The position numbers and the translations under genes were made by a program. From Vitrella brassicaformis CCMP3155 (Eukaryota; Protista; Chromerida), in contig CDMY01000547.1 in assembly GCA_001179505.1 (NCBI GenBank), positions 1 through 53,755 on the forward strand: DNA of 53,755 nt, given 5' to 3'. The notes beneath the pieces were generated by a model. That model did not search any database. It was given only the letters and a program-made list of their open reading frames with translations, and was not told where the DNA came from. This document shows positions 24,954-38,231 of this stretch, piece after piece (positions within the stretch are counted from its first letter, which is position 1; each line of letters opens with the position of its first letter).

Positions 24954-25604
24954 CGTTGCTTCGTTTTCAGATCATTCAGTTTTTCTCTCTCCCCTCTGTT
25001 TTGGGAACAAGTGGGACGTCCCAGACCCATGCTCACGGGCGATTTACGGAGAACCTTAGGGCACCTGGCCAGCCTCTCGCTGACACGCAGCAGGTTCTCG
25101 TCTGAGGGAGGGAGGGAGGGGATGGTGTTCCTGGTAGTTGATCCGTCTTGGTTGGTTGGTTAGTGTGTTTAACGAGACTCGTGTCTGTAACCCCGGAGGG
25201 ATCCTGTTGTCTCACGCGCTAAACTAGCAGCATGTACATGCAAAGCATGCACACGGCCTGTCTACCCCTCCCTGCACTGGCACCGGCGGACAAACAGATG
25301 GCAACAGAGAGCACCGGCTGCCTTGTAGAACGTTGACAAACACCGATTCCGGCTACATACACAAGAACGGGCGCTGTCGCCCAGCAAGAGCCATGGCAAG
25401 TGTACAGAAGCCAGAAGGGGGAAGTAGAAAAATGAGCGCCCTCTGAGCCACCAAAGCAACAATCAGCCAATCACATGAATACACCACCATATACACACGG
25501 GACCCATAAGGAAGGAAGACAGGAAGACAGCAGAGGGAGAGAGAAGGGAATAGCCAGGCAGGCCATGAGGCCCTGCAACATATGATAGACGATACCTAAG
25601 GTGC

Positions 25605-25904
25605 NNNNNNNNNNNNNNNNNNNNNNNNNNNNNNNNNNNNNNNNNNNNNNNNNNNNNNNNNNNNNNNNNNNNNNNNNNNNNNNNNNNNNNNNNNNNNNNN
25701 NNNNNNNNNNNNNNNNNNNNNNNNNNNNNNNNNNNNNNNNNNNNNNNNNNNNNNNNNNNNNNNNNNNNNNNNNNNNNNNNNNNNNNNNNNNNNNNNNNNN
25801 NNNNNNNNNNNNNNNNNNNNNNNNNNNNNNNNNNNNNNNNNNNNNNNNNNNNNNNNNNNNNNNNNNNNNNNNNNNNNNNNNNNNNNNNNNNNNNNNNNNN
25901 NNNN
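25605..25904. other. Assembly gap 3 (300 N)
   Basis: N run of placeholder length. Confidence 0.99.
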
Positions 25905-26834
25905 TGTGCAATGACAAGACATCACCAGCCGCTTCACCCCCACCACCAAGCACTCAAACGAAGACGATGAGCACGAGGACATGAAAGGCAGGGGGAAGGC
26001 GGGGGAAGCAAGCTAGACAGACAGAGGCAAGAAGGGTCCCACAGACGGACAGAGGCAGCACCATGAATGACAGGAGTCTGGTCTCAATGCATAGAGGCAC
26101 GCCGAAGTATAACCACAAGCGTAATCATATGCACGCAAAAGAAAGACATGGCTGTCTTGAGTGCGTGGGGCTACATGCTACGTTTTTTTCATGGCTTTCT
26201 GACCTTGGGTGCATGTGCCTGTCTGTCTGTCTGTCTTGTTTGTCGGCGTGTAGTTCCGTGCCTCTCTTCTTCTGTCGTTGATTCTTACATATCAGACAGA
26301 CGTGCATTCACACGTGAAGCACCGATGTGTCTGTCTGTCTGAGTGAGTGACCCATTATCGTCCACCATGCCGTCTTGGATGTCTCTCCCTTCTTCCCGTC
26401 GCATGGTGACGAAACAGACCTGTAGCGTCCCAAGCACAGGGCTGAAGGAAGAGACACACAAGACAACACAACAAGACAGGCCCACATCAACAAGAACATA
26501 CACCCCAACCGTGTGCAGCCGGCTATGTGGCAACAACATAGCCTCACACAAACTCAGCTAGAGGGAGGGGAAGGAGAGAGGGAGAGATGGGTGGTGTGGC
26601 CAAAAACGGCAACACGCACTGAGTTCTCAAAATCAAAAACCCGGCAGCCAGGAGCGCCAAAATCCTTTGGTGCCCACGCACATCACATTCACACAACATG
26701 GCGTGGCGTGGCGTGTCTATGGTACACTCCGAGAGAGGCACATGAACACACGCAGAGAGAGAGAGAGAGAGAGAGAGGGGCAACCAGCCAGCCACCCACC
26801 CGAGATCACTCATCTCCACTTATCCATTCATTCA

Positions 26835-28363
26835 TCACCCGGCATACATGGGGCTGGCGCCCTTGAACTGACTCGTCAGCCGCTTATCCATATACCTCAG
26901 CACCGTCACGGCGTCCCCCACACGAATCACGTCACCCGCCCGTGTGTGGACCAGGTTCTGACCAAAAAACCCGCTCTTCGTCTTGCCCCCGTCCTCGTGA
27001 ACGCCGTGGATCTGCTTGAGCGTCTTGGTGGGCTGGATCGCCCTGTTGAGTGTTGCTGTCTGCTGGTCGATGGTCGGAACCACACAGCGGTCGCATGGCT
27101 TGACAGAGAAGCACCTGGTGTCGCTGCCCAACAAGAGCTCCGCCCACCCATCCTCCTGCCATGGGCCCTCGTCGGCAGAGACCACTATGTTGGCACGGAA
27201 TCGGTCCATCGGGACGGGGTCCGACAACCTACACACACACAGAGAGAGAGAAAGAGAGAGGGCCAACAGTGAATACGGTGAATATGGCATGTGTGCGCCG
27301 TCTCGCTCTCTCTCTCTGTGCGTGTGTGTTACTTACTTTGTGTTGAGGAATGCGAGTGATTCCTCAGTGGTGAGATGGAGCGGATAACCGTCAGACAACG
27401 CCGGCTGGATACTGAACACACAGTCATGCATGGACCCACACACATATCCCTCCCTGTTGGAAGACTGTGAGTGAGTGAGGCATGCCATGGTGTGCACATG
27501 TCCTTGCACTTACGCGTCGGTTTCATCGCCATTGAAGCCGGCCCTTGGCGCATAGTACTTGTTGAGCGGCCTGTGGGAGGAGTCGAGGATCCTGACCAGA
27601 CGAACCTCCTCTCGACAGTACTTGGACATCCACACAGCCGCCGCATCGCCTGCACACATAACATAACCAACACACAACATACACATACACTTGTCGACCT
27701 GCTGTGCCGTCGTCCTGTCTTGTCTTCCTCCTTAACCCACCCACCTGCATCCCCCACTCGGACCTCTGACGCCCACACCTTCACCAAATACTCCTGCTCG
27801 CCGCCCGCCTTGCCCTTCGAACCAGCAGCCACTGGAACACGCAGATTGGCCATGTTCTCGGTGGTCGACACACAGAGGTAGGCGGCGCGGTGGAAGTGCG
27901 TGCCATCGGTGATGACTTTGCCATCTTCATCCTCGAAGTGTGTGCGAAGGAGGCAGAGTCTGGCCACCTGCCGCTGGGTGAGGAACTCGTGGTTGCGGAC
28001 ACGGATGAGCATCCAGTTCCGGTCGTACATCATGCCTGCTCAAGGGCAGTGCAGTGAACGACAAAGCAACCATCACATGGGCATTGCAGACAGACAGACA
28101 GACAGACGCGCAATGAATGAGATGTCCGATGCCCCAAGCTTGCCTCACGCGGCACCGTGTTTGTCCAGCGTTGCAGCCGGCAGTGAGATGCCACCGATGC
28201 CCTTGACGGGGTAGACGGTGATGGCCGTCACGCGACCCACTCTCCTCTTGCAACGCTGCCGCCTGCTCTGGTACATGATATAAGCAGCGCCGCCAGCCAC
28301 AACACACGCTGAGGTTGCAAGGGCACCCACCCAGATCTTCTTGGACATAGGCACCTCCGCCAT
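26835..28363 (-). CDS. MOSC-domain protein (mARC / mitochondrial amidoxime-reducing component-like) with N-terminal TM anchor
   Basis: N-terminal hydrophobic anchor IWVGALATSACVVAGGAAYIMY; MOSC_N motifs VTAITVYPVKG, YDRNWML, FLTQRQVARL; MOSC motifs PMDRFRANIVV, EDGW, KPCDRCVVPTIDQQT, FFGQNLV...IRVGDAVTV. Confidence 0.92.
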
Positions 28364-29066
28364 CAACGCCGGCCACAATTAAAGCAAGAAAGAGTCTCAG
28401 TAACGCACCTGCACAGCTGTAGCTGAGCTGTGTTCCCCTGAGCCTCCCCGAGTGTAGTTGGATCGCATGCTCGCGTTTGGTGTGGGTAAGAATTCGGCGT
28501 TCTGTTGTTTCGTCGTACCGCTGTTTGGTGAACAGCTCCGGCGATACTGCTTGGAGAACGGCCGTCGGCCTCTCTGTCCATCGCTACCCGTCTTGACACT
28601 CAGGCGACGAACCGCCACTCGTTGGTGCGCCTGCAGCCTCACAGCCGCCTCTTTGCCGCTTCCCACCCGCGACAAGGCGCCCGTCCCCTCTCTGACGCGT
28701 CGGCTCCCCTCCCTCCCTCCCCTAGCTGCCCGCATTCGCCCCGCGTGTTGTCCAGCCAGCCATACATCGGCGTGTGTGTGTTGATTGTGAGGCGTTGACG
28801 TGCTGACCGAGTGTGGTAGCGGGAGGGCGCTACCACTGGCCAATCTTGTCGGCACGACGACACGGAAGCGCGCTCCCCCGGCCTCCGCCGCGGGAGGCCG
28901 AAGCAAAGCTCAGAGGAAGAACAAGACAGCAGCTGCAGCAGGGACTGGTGGGGGTGTCCAGCCACAGCCTGAGGTCGAGGGCAAGGCGGCACCGGGTGAC
29001 AGTAGTGGCCTGCTTAGCAAGGAGGGAGGGGTAGGGAATAGCCATACCATCGGTGGTGACGTCAAG

Positions 29067-31946
29067 ATGGAGATGGAGACGCCGGCCGAGCTGAGGAAGA
29101 CCGACCTCGAGCAACACAAGGAGGAACAGGGGGTGAGTCAGTGAGTGAGTGAGTGAGCGAGTCAGGCAGGGAGGGAGCCAGTCGACACACGCACGAGTCG
29201 TGTCTGTGCGATGCATTGCAATGCATTCATTGGTGGGTGTCTGTCTCATTCATGCTATGCTGTGTCTGTGTTTGGTCTGTGTGTTTGGTGGGTATGATAG
29301 GATTCGGTTGATGGTGATGATGCGGACATCGCAGAGGACAATGAGTTTGAGTACGCCGAGGACGAGGAGTTCCAGTATGAGGACAACGACGACGATTACG
29401 ACGAACGGGCCTTCGACGAACCACAGGCAGACGAGGTACCCTACACTCTATCGAATCGATCACTCTCATCCACACAACTGTCGATTGACGCACTGTATGT
29501 GTGTGTGTGTGTGTGTGTGACAGGCTGTGTACAAGGGTCCGGTAGCGTATGTGGTGCTGACGCCGGCCGAGCTGCAGTCGCGCCAGAAGGAGATGGTCAG
29601 CGACACCGCTGAACTCCTCGGCATTGACAAAGACCTCGCATGGTCAGCCCAGCCACACTCTCACAAGAGCCTGGCTTACACTACCCATGGATGTCATCAA
29701 CTCAACTGACATGTGCACTGCAATGCGCTGCGTGTTAATGTTATGTGCAGGTTTCTGCTGCGCGAGTACCGCTGCTGCCCCGAGGACCTGTCGCAAGACT
29801 GGTTCGCAGACGAACGAAAAGTCCGCGAAAAGGTACGGTATCACAACAACAATAGCACCCGCATCAACCGACAAGCCTTCTTGTCGTGTCTGTGGGCATT
29901 TCAGTTCCACCTGCCGATCCCCGAGGGTCTGGCTGAGAGCCAGCAGGACCGCGACGGCGACAGCAACACCCCGCCGCCCTTCTCCATCCTCCCAAACCTG
30001 CGGGCCACCAAGGCACGACAGTCGCGGGCCAAGGTGACGCCCCCCGAGACACCGAAGGCCAAGGGCAAGGCCGGCACCGCGGCAGCAGCGGCAGCTGCTG
30101 CCGTGCGCAACGGTGGGGCGGACGGTGGTGCTGGCGGTGAGGCGGCGGCTTCTGCTGCTGGTGGTGGTGTGGGTGTGGGTGTGTCGAGCAAGGGTGTGCG
30201 TGAGGGTGGTGTGCTGACGTTTGACGTTGAGATGAAGGAGGGTGAGTACTACTGCCCCTTGCTGGCCGACCATGTGCCGGCCAGCCAGACCACAGAGCTC
30301 AAATGCGGACACCGATACTCAAACCTGTAAGCACACCAGAGTACTGTACACACACATTCATCGAAGGGGCTGGGGAGGGCACAGGGAAGCGCGTGTGTGC
30401 GTGTGTCTCTGCAGGTTTTGGTCGCAGTACCTCAAGACGGCTCTGCAGGACGGCAGCTCATGCCTCGGCAAGAGGTCAGCCAACACGTCAATGCACCTGA
30501 CCTGCAGAGTAGGGGGGCCATCCACTCCATACGTGAGTGTGTCTGGGTGGCTGTGCTGTGGTGTCTGTGAATGTGTGCTTGCAGGTGTCCAGCGCCTGGG
30601 TGCCGTGAGTTGGTGCCGTCTCACATGTGGGCCAAGTTCCTCTCTGACGACGAAATGGCCAAATTCCAGTCATTCAACCTCAAGTGTGTAACCCACACAG
30701 ACGAAAACACCACACACACAGACACATACACAGCGAGAAGGCATGTGTCACCTCTCCCTGTCTCTGTGTGTGTGTGTGTGTGTAGTGGTTTTGTGGAGTC
30801 GAATTCCAACATGCGTTGGTGCCCGGCGGCAGCGTGCGGCAACGCCGTCGAGGACAGGAACTCCACAGGAGACGTCAAATGCACTTGCGGCAACTGGTAC
30901 GTACAAACACGTGAATGAAACGGGTGGATGGCACATGCGTGTGTCCATCGAGGTCGGTCAGTCAACGCATGTGTGTGTGATTGATGTGTCAGGTTCTGTG
31001 TGTTCTGTGGTGAGGAGGCGCACCGCCCCATCCCATGCGAGACCATCAAGAAGTGGAACGAAAAGTAAGTACCCACACAAACACACACACACACAGAGCC
31101 TCTCTTCTGGGGGGACTGGTTTGCTCACTGTACTGTACTGTCATGTGATGATGTGTGTGTGTGTGTGTGTGTTGTGTACAGGAACCAGAGCGAGGCCGAG
31201 AACATGACATGGATTCTGGTCAATACCAAGAATTGCCCCAAGTGCAAAAACCCCATCGAAAAGAACCACGGGTGCATGCACATGGTAAGGTACACACACA
31301 CAGCCAAACCGCCAGCCGCCCTCTCTCTCTTGATTGATGTCTGTATGTGTGTGTGTGTGTGTGTGCACTATAGACGTGTCGGTGCCGCCACGAGTTCTGC
31401 TGGCTCTGCCTGGGCGACTGGAAGGACCACAGAGGTATGGTAGGCAGGCAGACACACGCACGCGACATGGGTATTTATGTGTGTGTCTCTCTCTCTCTGT
31501 GTGCGTGTGTGTGTGCGTGTGTGTGTGCGTGTGCAGGTGACTACTACCGTTGCAACGTGTATGAGGGCCGCAAGGCCGAGGAGGACCCAAAGGAAGAGGA
31601 GCGCAAGAGAGCAAGGGTATGTATGCACCTCAACCAACACAGCACACAGCACACAGCTCAGCCCACAGCATTAAGTATCTGGGAAGCATACTTGTCACGC
31701 CACGCCCTCCTTCTGTGTGTGTGTACGTGACGCATTGGTTGACAGGAGTCGTTGGAGCGCTACGCACACTACTTCGAGCGGTGAGGGAGGGAGGGCGGGA
31801 GGGAAGAGACGGACCACGGGCATCCATGGTGCTCCCCTGTGTGTGTTGTGTGTTGTGTGTCATCCGTCAGTTACCGTGCCCACAAGCATGGGCAGGAGGT
31901 GGCGACCACCAAACAGCTCCCACAGATCAAGCAGAGATGCGAGGTA

Positions 31947-31982
<36 letters not shown>

Positions 31983-32672
31983 TTGTTCTGTGTCTTGTGT
32001 TGTGTATGTGTGTAGACGTTGGTGACGATGGGTTTGGCGACTTACGCTGAGGTGACGTTTCTGCACGAGGCGACACTGCAGATCATCAACTGCCGCCGCA
32101 TGCTCAAGTTCTCATACGCCTACGCCTACTTCGCTAACTTTGACAAAAACCAAAAGGCCCTCTTCGAATTCCACCAAGGTACCTAGCTGCAGACACACAG
32201 GCAGGGAGGGAGGGAGAAGGGCGTTTATCCGTGTGTGTGTGTGTGTGTATGATGGTTGATGTGTGTGCAGGTCAGCTGGAGCACACGCTTGACAAGCTGC
32301 AGGAGAAGACGGAGGCCGAGGACCTCACCGAGTAAGGCATAGCAGAGGGGATGGATGGATGGGTGGCGCGTTGCATGACGGCCATATGTCTGTCTGTGTA
32401 TGTGTCTGTCTGTGTGCGTGTGTGTGGGTGTATGTGTGTGTGTAGGTCGTTCAAGCAGCACGCCGATACCGACGAGTCGCCCAAGATGAAGTTCGCCAAG
32501 TTCAAACAGGACCTCACAAACCTCACCAACGGTACTTACACAGACACACTCAGACCCCCACGCAAACAACCAGGGCCCGTGTGTCTGTCTGCAATTCTGT
32601 ACCGCTTCAGTTGTGAACCAGTTCTTCGAGCGCATGAAGGACACCTTCGAACACGACTTCGGATGCAGCTGA
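29067..32672 (+). CDS. ARIH1: Ariadne-family RBR E3 ubiquitin ligase (acidic N-terminus, RING1-IBR-Rcat, Ariadne domain)
   Basis: Acidic N-terminus, then [12 protein letters not shown]; RING1-like CGH...CPAPGC; [14 protein letters not shown]...[21 protein letters not shown]; Rcat [37 protein letters not shown]...YYRCN; Ariadne domain [33 protein letters not shown]. The frame is open upstream to about 28800, so the true start may be earlier. Confidence 0.93.
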
Positions 32673-33974
32673 TCGGACGGACCTCTCGACCCACACCCAC
32701 CCCTCTCACCACACACACATGCATACCGACTTTCCTCTTCTCTCTATCTCTGTGTGTGTGCGTGTGCCTGGGGCGACATGGCGTCTCTCTAAGTATCCAT
32801 CCATCCATGTCACCTCATGTGAGCCGGCGGGGCGGCCGGGCAGCTCCCTATCGACTGCACAACACACACACACATACAGCAACACACACACATATTGGTC
32901 CGTGTCCTTCATGCTGGCTGCACACATGGCGTGGTGTGGTGTGGTGTGGTGTGGTATGCCTGTGGGACGATTGTTTTCTCATGGATAAATCGATATATAA
33001 TGTGGCGGAGTGGTGCATGGGGTGCTGGCTGCTCGAGGGGAATGATTGCGTTTCTTTCTGCCTTTCCTCTCTGACCTCAATATACATCTATCAGTACCTA
33101 TGATTTCTGCTTTTGACCTATCTGCCTGCCATCGAGTGTCCGTATCTGTCTCCCTCCCTCTCCCTTGGCCGCACCGACACAGCGGGCAATTGCACTTCGC
33201 TTGACGTGCGATTGGCTGTCGTGTCTGTGTGAGTATGGAAGGGCCGAGAGAGGCGGGCCGGCTCAGTGGCAGAGAGACAACAAACAAGAGCCGCATTGGG
33301 AGCGATCATTTTTCCCCTACCCATTCGAGTGAGCGGCTTTCGTCGGCTCCATGGCAGCACCACCCCACGCCCCTTGTTTGACCAAAACCTGGCTGACCGG
33401 GTCCATCTAAGTGTCCAGGCAGGGCCGTTTTCGCGCCTGCCTGCCTGTCTGCCTGTCTGCCTGTCTGTCTGTATGTCTGTATGTCTGTATGTCTGTCTGT
33501 CTGTCTCCGATGATATGCTGTGCGAGTGTGTGATGTCGGTGTGTACACTAGCTAGACAGACAGACGCCCACCCGTCCAATGAGTGAGTGAGTGATTGAGT
33601 GAATCGTTCGTTGCAGGCAGCCAGCCAGCCACAGACACAGTGATTGATTGCTTGATTGGGGCCGTGTGAGGTGAGTGCGAGTGACTCTCGGTCAGAGAGG
33701 GGCAAGCGGACCAATGGTTGGCGGCTGCGTGTTTGGTGGTCTGTCTGCGTGGTGCCTGTGGTGTCGATGCGATGCGTGCGTGTGCATGACTCCTATTACC
33801 TTAATCATGACATTTTCAATCGCCTCTCCCTTCTTGCCTTTGTGCTGGCAAGTAAGGATATCAGCACGCGCCAACAGACCACGTGACCGTCTCACACACA
33901 CAACAAACGTCCTTTAGACACACTCCCGGTCTCGCAAATTAAATGGTCATCTAGACAGCTATGCATCTCCCTCG

Positions 33975-35351
33975 CTATGTGGTGATGCGCTGCATGGCGA
34001 CCTGCCGCTTGATCACCAGGACTGGCTGCGGGTCGGGGGCGATGGAGGTCGGAGGAAACACCTGCCACAACTCCAAACCCTCGATGCGCAGAGACGAGAC
34101 GCGACGATACCTAAACACAAACACACACACACATACACACAGACTTCAGCGTCTTGGTCATCCAAAATTGCCTGCCGACATACATACCTGCCCTGTAGCC
34201 TGGCGGCGAACAGTGTGGGCACCTCCACTGTCAGCGCCCTCGACGTCTGCCAGGTCCATTGACACCGCAGTCACACACACATGCATGTTGTGTCTCGTCT
34301 CTCTCTCTCTCTCTCTCTCGTGTGGAGCGGAGCTTACGTCAGCTATCCGCATGTATTCGCTGAAGCCGAAGGTGTCATCTGACGGCTGCTCGAACGCACG
34401 CTTCGTCACCTGCGTTGGCCACACCAGCACAGATGCCATGCCGCGCCACATCGATCGCAAAACCGTCTGTGTGTGCGACACCTTATTTACCTTCATTTCC
34501 CTGATGGTCCCGCCAGGCATGTCAATGGTGAGTATGTTGGGGTTGGACTCGCTCCACCTCGTCGGGTACCCGCTCACCTCACCAATCGGCAGCACACCCC
34601 CACCCCCACTCTCAATGCAGTACCGCCGGGCACTCTCCGTGTTGCCCCACACAAATGCTCGATCCATCACCACACCGCTCCCCCTCTCAATGTAACGCAC
34701 AGGAAAGACGATCGTCCGGTTGAGAAGCTTCTCGGCGTCTGACAGCAGGTGGGGCGGGTCGACCTTCGAAGGGCCCTCTGGCGCGGTGACGGATACGACG
34801 GACTCCCGCCGCTCCCACTTGCCGAGCCAAGAAGCTGGGTAGTAGACATCTGGCGGGCCCAGTCCTGGGAGGCCTGCGAAACAAACGTAGCACATGCGTC
34901 ATACGCGGGCCAAACGTGGTCATTCCTGCCAGATGCGGCCTTCCGGATGCCTTCACTGATGCCCTCGGCCTGCAGAAAGCAGAGCAGACAGCCGTGCAGT
35001 GCATGCGACGCAGAGCGTGTTTGGTGAGAGGTGTGTGCGTACCCACCTGTGATGGTAGTGGTGCAGCGAGGAGTGCTGCTGCTGCTGTGTGTGGGAGTAC
35101 AGCTGCGACGCGACTGAGGTAAGCCAGCTGCTGCCGCCTGCTCGCCTGCAGGCACAAGAGACAGACAGACAGACAGAGGCCACACCACATAACATGCATA
35201 CGAGCGACTGTGAGTTATTGTGAGTGAGATGTGTGCCGTGTCGGCAGAGAGATGCTATGCTATTGTATGCTGTGTGTGAGAGAAAGACATCCACTGCATA
35301 TCCATTCCATGCAGGCATTTCTTCACAGGCAGTAAGTCGCATCACACGCAC
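33975..35351 (-). CDS. DUF6816-like conserved photosynthetic-lineage protein, probably plastid/thylakoid-targeted; 5' end uncertain
   Basis: DVYYPASWLGKW...FPVRYI...VVMDRAF...WSESNPNILTI...VTKRAFEQP..DTFGFSEY resembles, from recall, the cyanobacterial/plant DUF6816 family. The upstream exon ASRRQQLAYLSRVAAVLPHTAAAALLAAPLPSQA resembles a twin-Arg lumenal signal. Confidence 0.65.
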
Positions 35352-35800
35352 ACTCCACCATGCCTTGCAGTGCCAGCCACCTATGTACGCAGGTCGATTG
35401 CTCGCTACTGTCTACTGTGTGTGTGCGTGTCTCTTACGATAGACAGCCATCGGCCATCCATCCGGCTGTATCAACACACCCCAATCTTTCCTACCTACCC
35501 AGCCACCTGCCCTGGCCCATCGCTCCACCCACCCACCCACGAGACAACAGGAATACGCACATACGCACCGCACACGAGTGAAGTCACTCAGTGCGCCTTA
35601 AAACACCCGCGTCGATGCATTGCACAAACAAAAGTACGACTGCTCTGTTTCCTTCCTTCCTCATTCGCTCTCTACTCTTTCTTTCTCGTGACTGTACAGG
35701 ACACCCACGCTCAGACAGACAGACAGACAGAAGGCTAGTCATGGCAACCAGAAACACACAGCCGGCCGATCAGCATTTGCCCGTGTCACCGGCTCGCGCC

Positions 35801-38228
35801 TTATGCGGAGTCTGAAGGTGGGTCGAAGTCTTCGTCTCCCTCCTGGATGGGCTCCTCCACCTCGCCACCCGCACCCTCTCCGCCACCAGTGCCCTTCCGA
35901 CGCACACGCACCGCCACCTCATTCTTCCGCAACCTGCATGCCACCACACACACCCATGTGTGTACGAGTGGTTCGGTTGAGTGTGTGTGGTGTGGTGTGG
36001 TGTGGTGTTGTTACCTACCATGGTAGTGTTTGTGGCGGGTTGTACTGGAAGACCTTGAAGGCATCGGATGACTCGTCGACCACCTCCCACTTGCCTTCGA
36101 GCGCTATCGCATCACGCAACTTGTCCAGCTGACGACTGCACACACACACACACACACACACACCCCAAGTACGCGAATCAGACAATCTCATTTGCTGTTT
36201 TCGCGCACGCACCTGATCTCTCCTTCAGTGGCGAACCCCGAGAAGTCTCTCACAGCCAGCACGTCCCCGCCAGCCTTCTCGATGTCAATGTCGATGTCCC
36301 GTGGCAGCGGGGCCGTGTCGAGCGTGTAGTCCGACGGCAGGATGAACGACATGGTCGCCCCCTTCGGCACCGACTTGTCGATGATGACCGGCGTGGTCAT
36401 GGCCATGGCCACACCCTTGTCGGCAGCGGGCGGCTCGGCCTCGCCCAGCGTCACCTGAGCCATTGGCTTCGGGCGGTTCTCACCGAACAGGTATGCGGCG
36501 AGCTGGCGGAAGGCCTGGCCAGTGGCGAGGAGGTCGGTGGTGTATCGGTCGTCCTTCTCGGTGTCCATGCGGACGGTGCAGATGGCGTACTCGGGGTACT
36601 GACGCACCTCGAACTCATCAACCTAACCACACACACGCACACACACGACGACACGACGACACAGATGGATCCCTCCCTCTCTCTCTCCCGATGCACGCAT
36701 GACTCAATCACTCACTCATCGACCCCCCCCCCCCCCCCCCCCCNNNNNNNNNNNNNNNNNNNNNNNNNNNNNNNNNNNNNNNNNNNNNNNNNNNNNNNNN
36801 NNNNNNNNNNNNNNNNNNNNNNNNNNNNNNNNNNNNNNNNNNNNNNNNNNNNNNNNNNNNNNNNNNNNNNNNNNNNNNNNNNNNNNNNNNNNNNNNNNNN
36901 NNNNNNNNNNNNNNNNNNNNNNNNNNNNNNNNNNNNNNNNNNNNNNNNNNNNNNNNNNNNNNNNNNNNNNNNNNNNNNNNNNNNNNNNNNNNNNNNNNNN
37001 NNNNNNNNNNNNNNNNNNNNNNNNNNNNNNNNNNNNNNNNNNNCCCCACCTTGTAGAGGAGAGTGTACATGGGCGTCTCGAGTCCCTCAGGAGTGCGTTG
37101 GAATGCGGACCTTCCCTCCTTGATGAGAGTGGCGATGGGGAGGCCGCCCTCCTTCTGCACCTGGGTCAGCATCGAGGGGCCCATGGTGACGGCGCGCTGC
37201 GCCAAGGCTGGCAACGACGACAGCAGACGGCTCGCCACCTTCAGCCACAAAGACAGACAGACACAGGCACAGCAACGAGCATGTACACACGAAGCAATAC
37301 GTAACCGAGACAGTACACGAGAGCAGTTGGGAAAGATATGCATCCCTTCCTCCCTGTATGCGAGAAAAGCCCCAGGCAGGCAGGCAGGCATAGAGGCAGG
37401 GAGGCAAGGAATGCGGTCAGGTAAGTCACTCGCCAAGTACGCACACGCCATATGCACTAAGTACACCGATGTGTGGCATGTGCCATTCATCTCTCTATCA
37501 CAGGCAGGCACCCCGGCAGGCCGACCGGCAGGCAGGCTGGCAAAAAAGTGTGTGTATGTGTGCGTGCGTGTGTGTATGCTAACCTCAGGGCCTTCTGATC
37601 GTGCTGCTGGCAGGATGTCCTCGACCACCTGCCGCCGCAAAGACTCGACATCCTCGCGCCTGACAGACAGACAGACACCCACCCAAACATCTCTCACGGC
37701 ACGATAGATTCCCAGCCCTCCCCAGCTGTCTTCCCAGCTGGCTGGCTGGCTGACCTCGGAACAGCGTTGACGAGTGTGTCCCTGATCTCGTCTCGGATCT
37801 CAGGTGCCTCCTGCACCAGGTCACGAAGCAACAACTGACGCTGAGAGATCGGCGTGTCGAACTTCAACAGCTGCTCCAACTTCTCTTCCCACGTCATCGG
37901 CTCTGCAAGCGCACCACACAGCCACACAGAGCAACCACTGATGCGTGCTGTGCTGCCTGTCTGCAGTACTGCTGAGCAGTGAGTGCACTGGCCGACCTTG
38001 CGACGAGGGCTGGCTCTCTGCCCTCAGGCGTGTGCTGCGCAGACGCCTTGCAGAGGGCATTGCACGAGGGACCAACGACACAAAGCCTGAACGTGGAAGC
38101 AGAGAGGCAAAGGGAGGCAGATCTATGAACATCCACCACGACCAGTGTCACGTATCACCTGTGATAGATATGCTGGCCGCATCTGCGGCACAGGCGAGGA
38201 AAGTAACCAAGGGGATGAGGCGCTGCAT
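35801..38228 (-). CDS. SOUL haem-binding protein with bipartite plastid-targeting presequence; spans gap 4
   Basis: GLETPMYTLL, EVRQYPEYAIC, AFRQLAAYLFGEN, MAMTTPV, MSFILPSDY...APLP, LAVRDFSGFATE, FQYNPPQTLPW-LRKNEVAV are SOUL motifs. N-terminus MQRLIPLVTFLACAADAA (signal) is spliced in phase to an Arg/Ser-rich transit-like segment. Confidence 0.9.
36744..37043. other. Assembly gap 4 (300 N), flanked by C runs, inside the SOUL gene
   Basis: N run of placeholder length. Confidence 0.99.
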
Positions 38229-38231
38229 CCT

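Noticed and set aside
33118-33714. 198-aa minus-strand ORF downstream of the DUF6816-like gene
   Set aside because: It is largely microsatellite-derived with no motif, and is probably UTR or intergenic.
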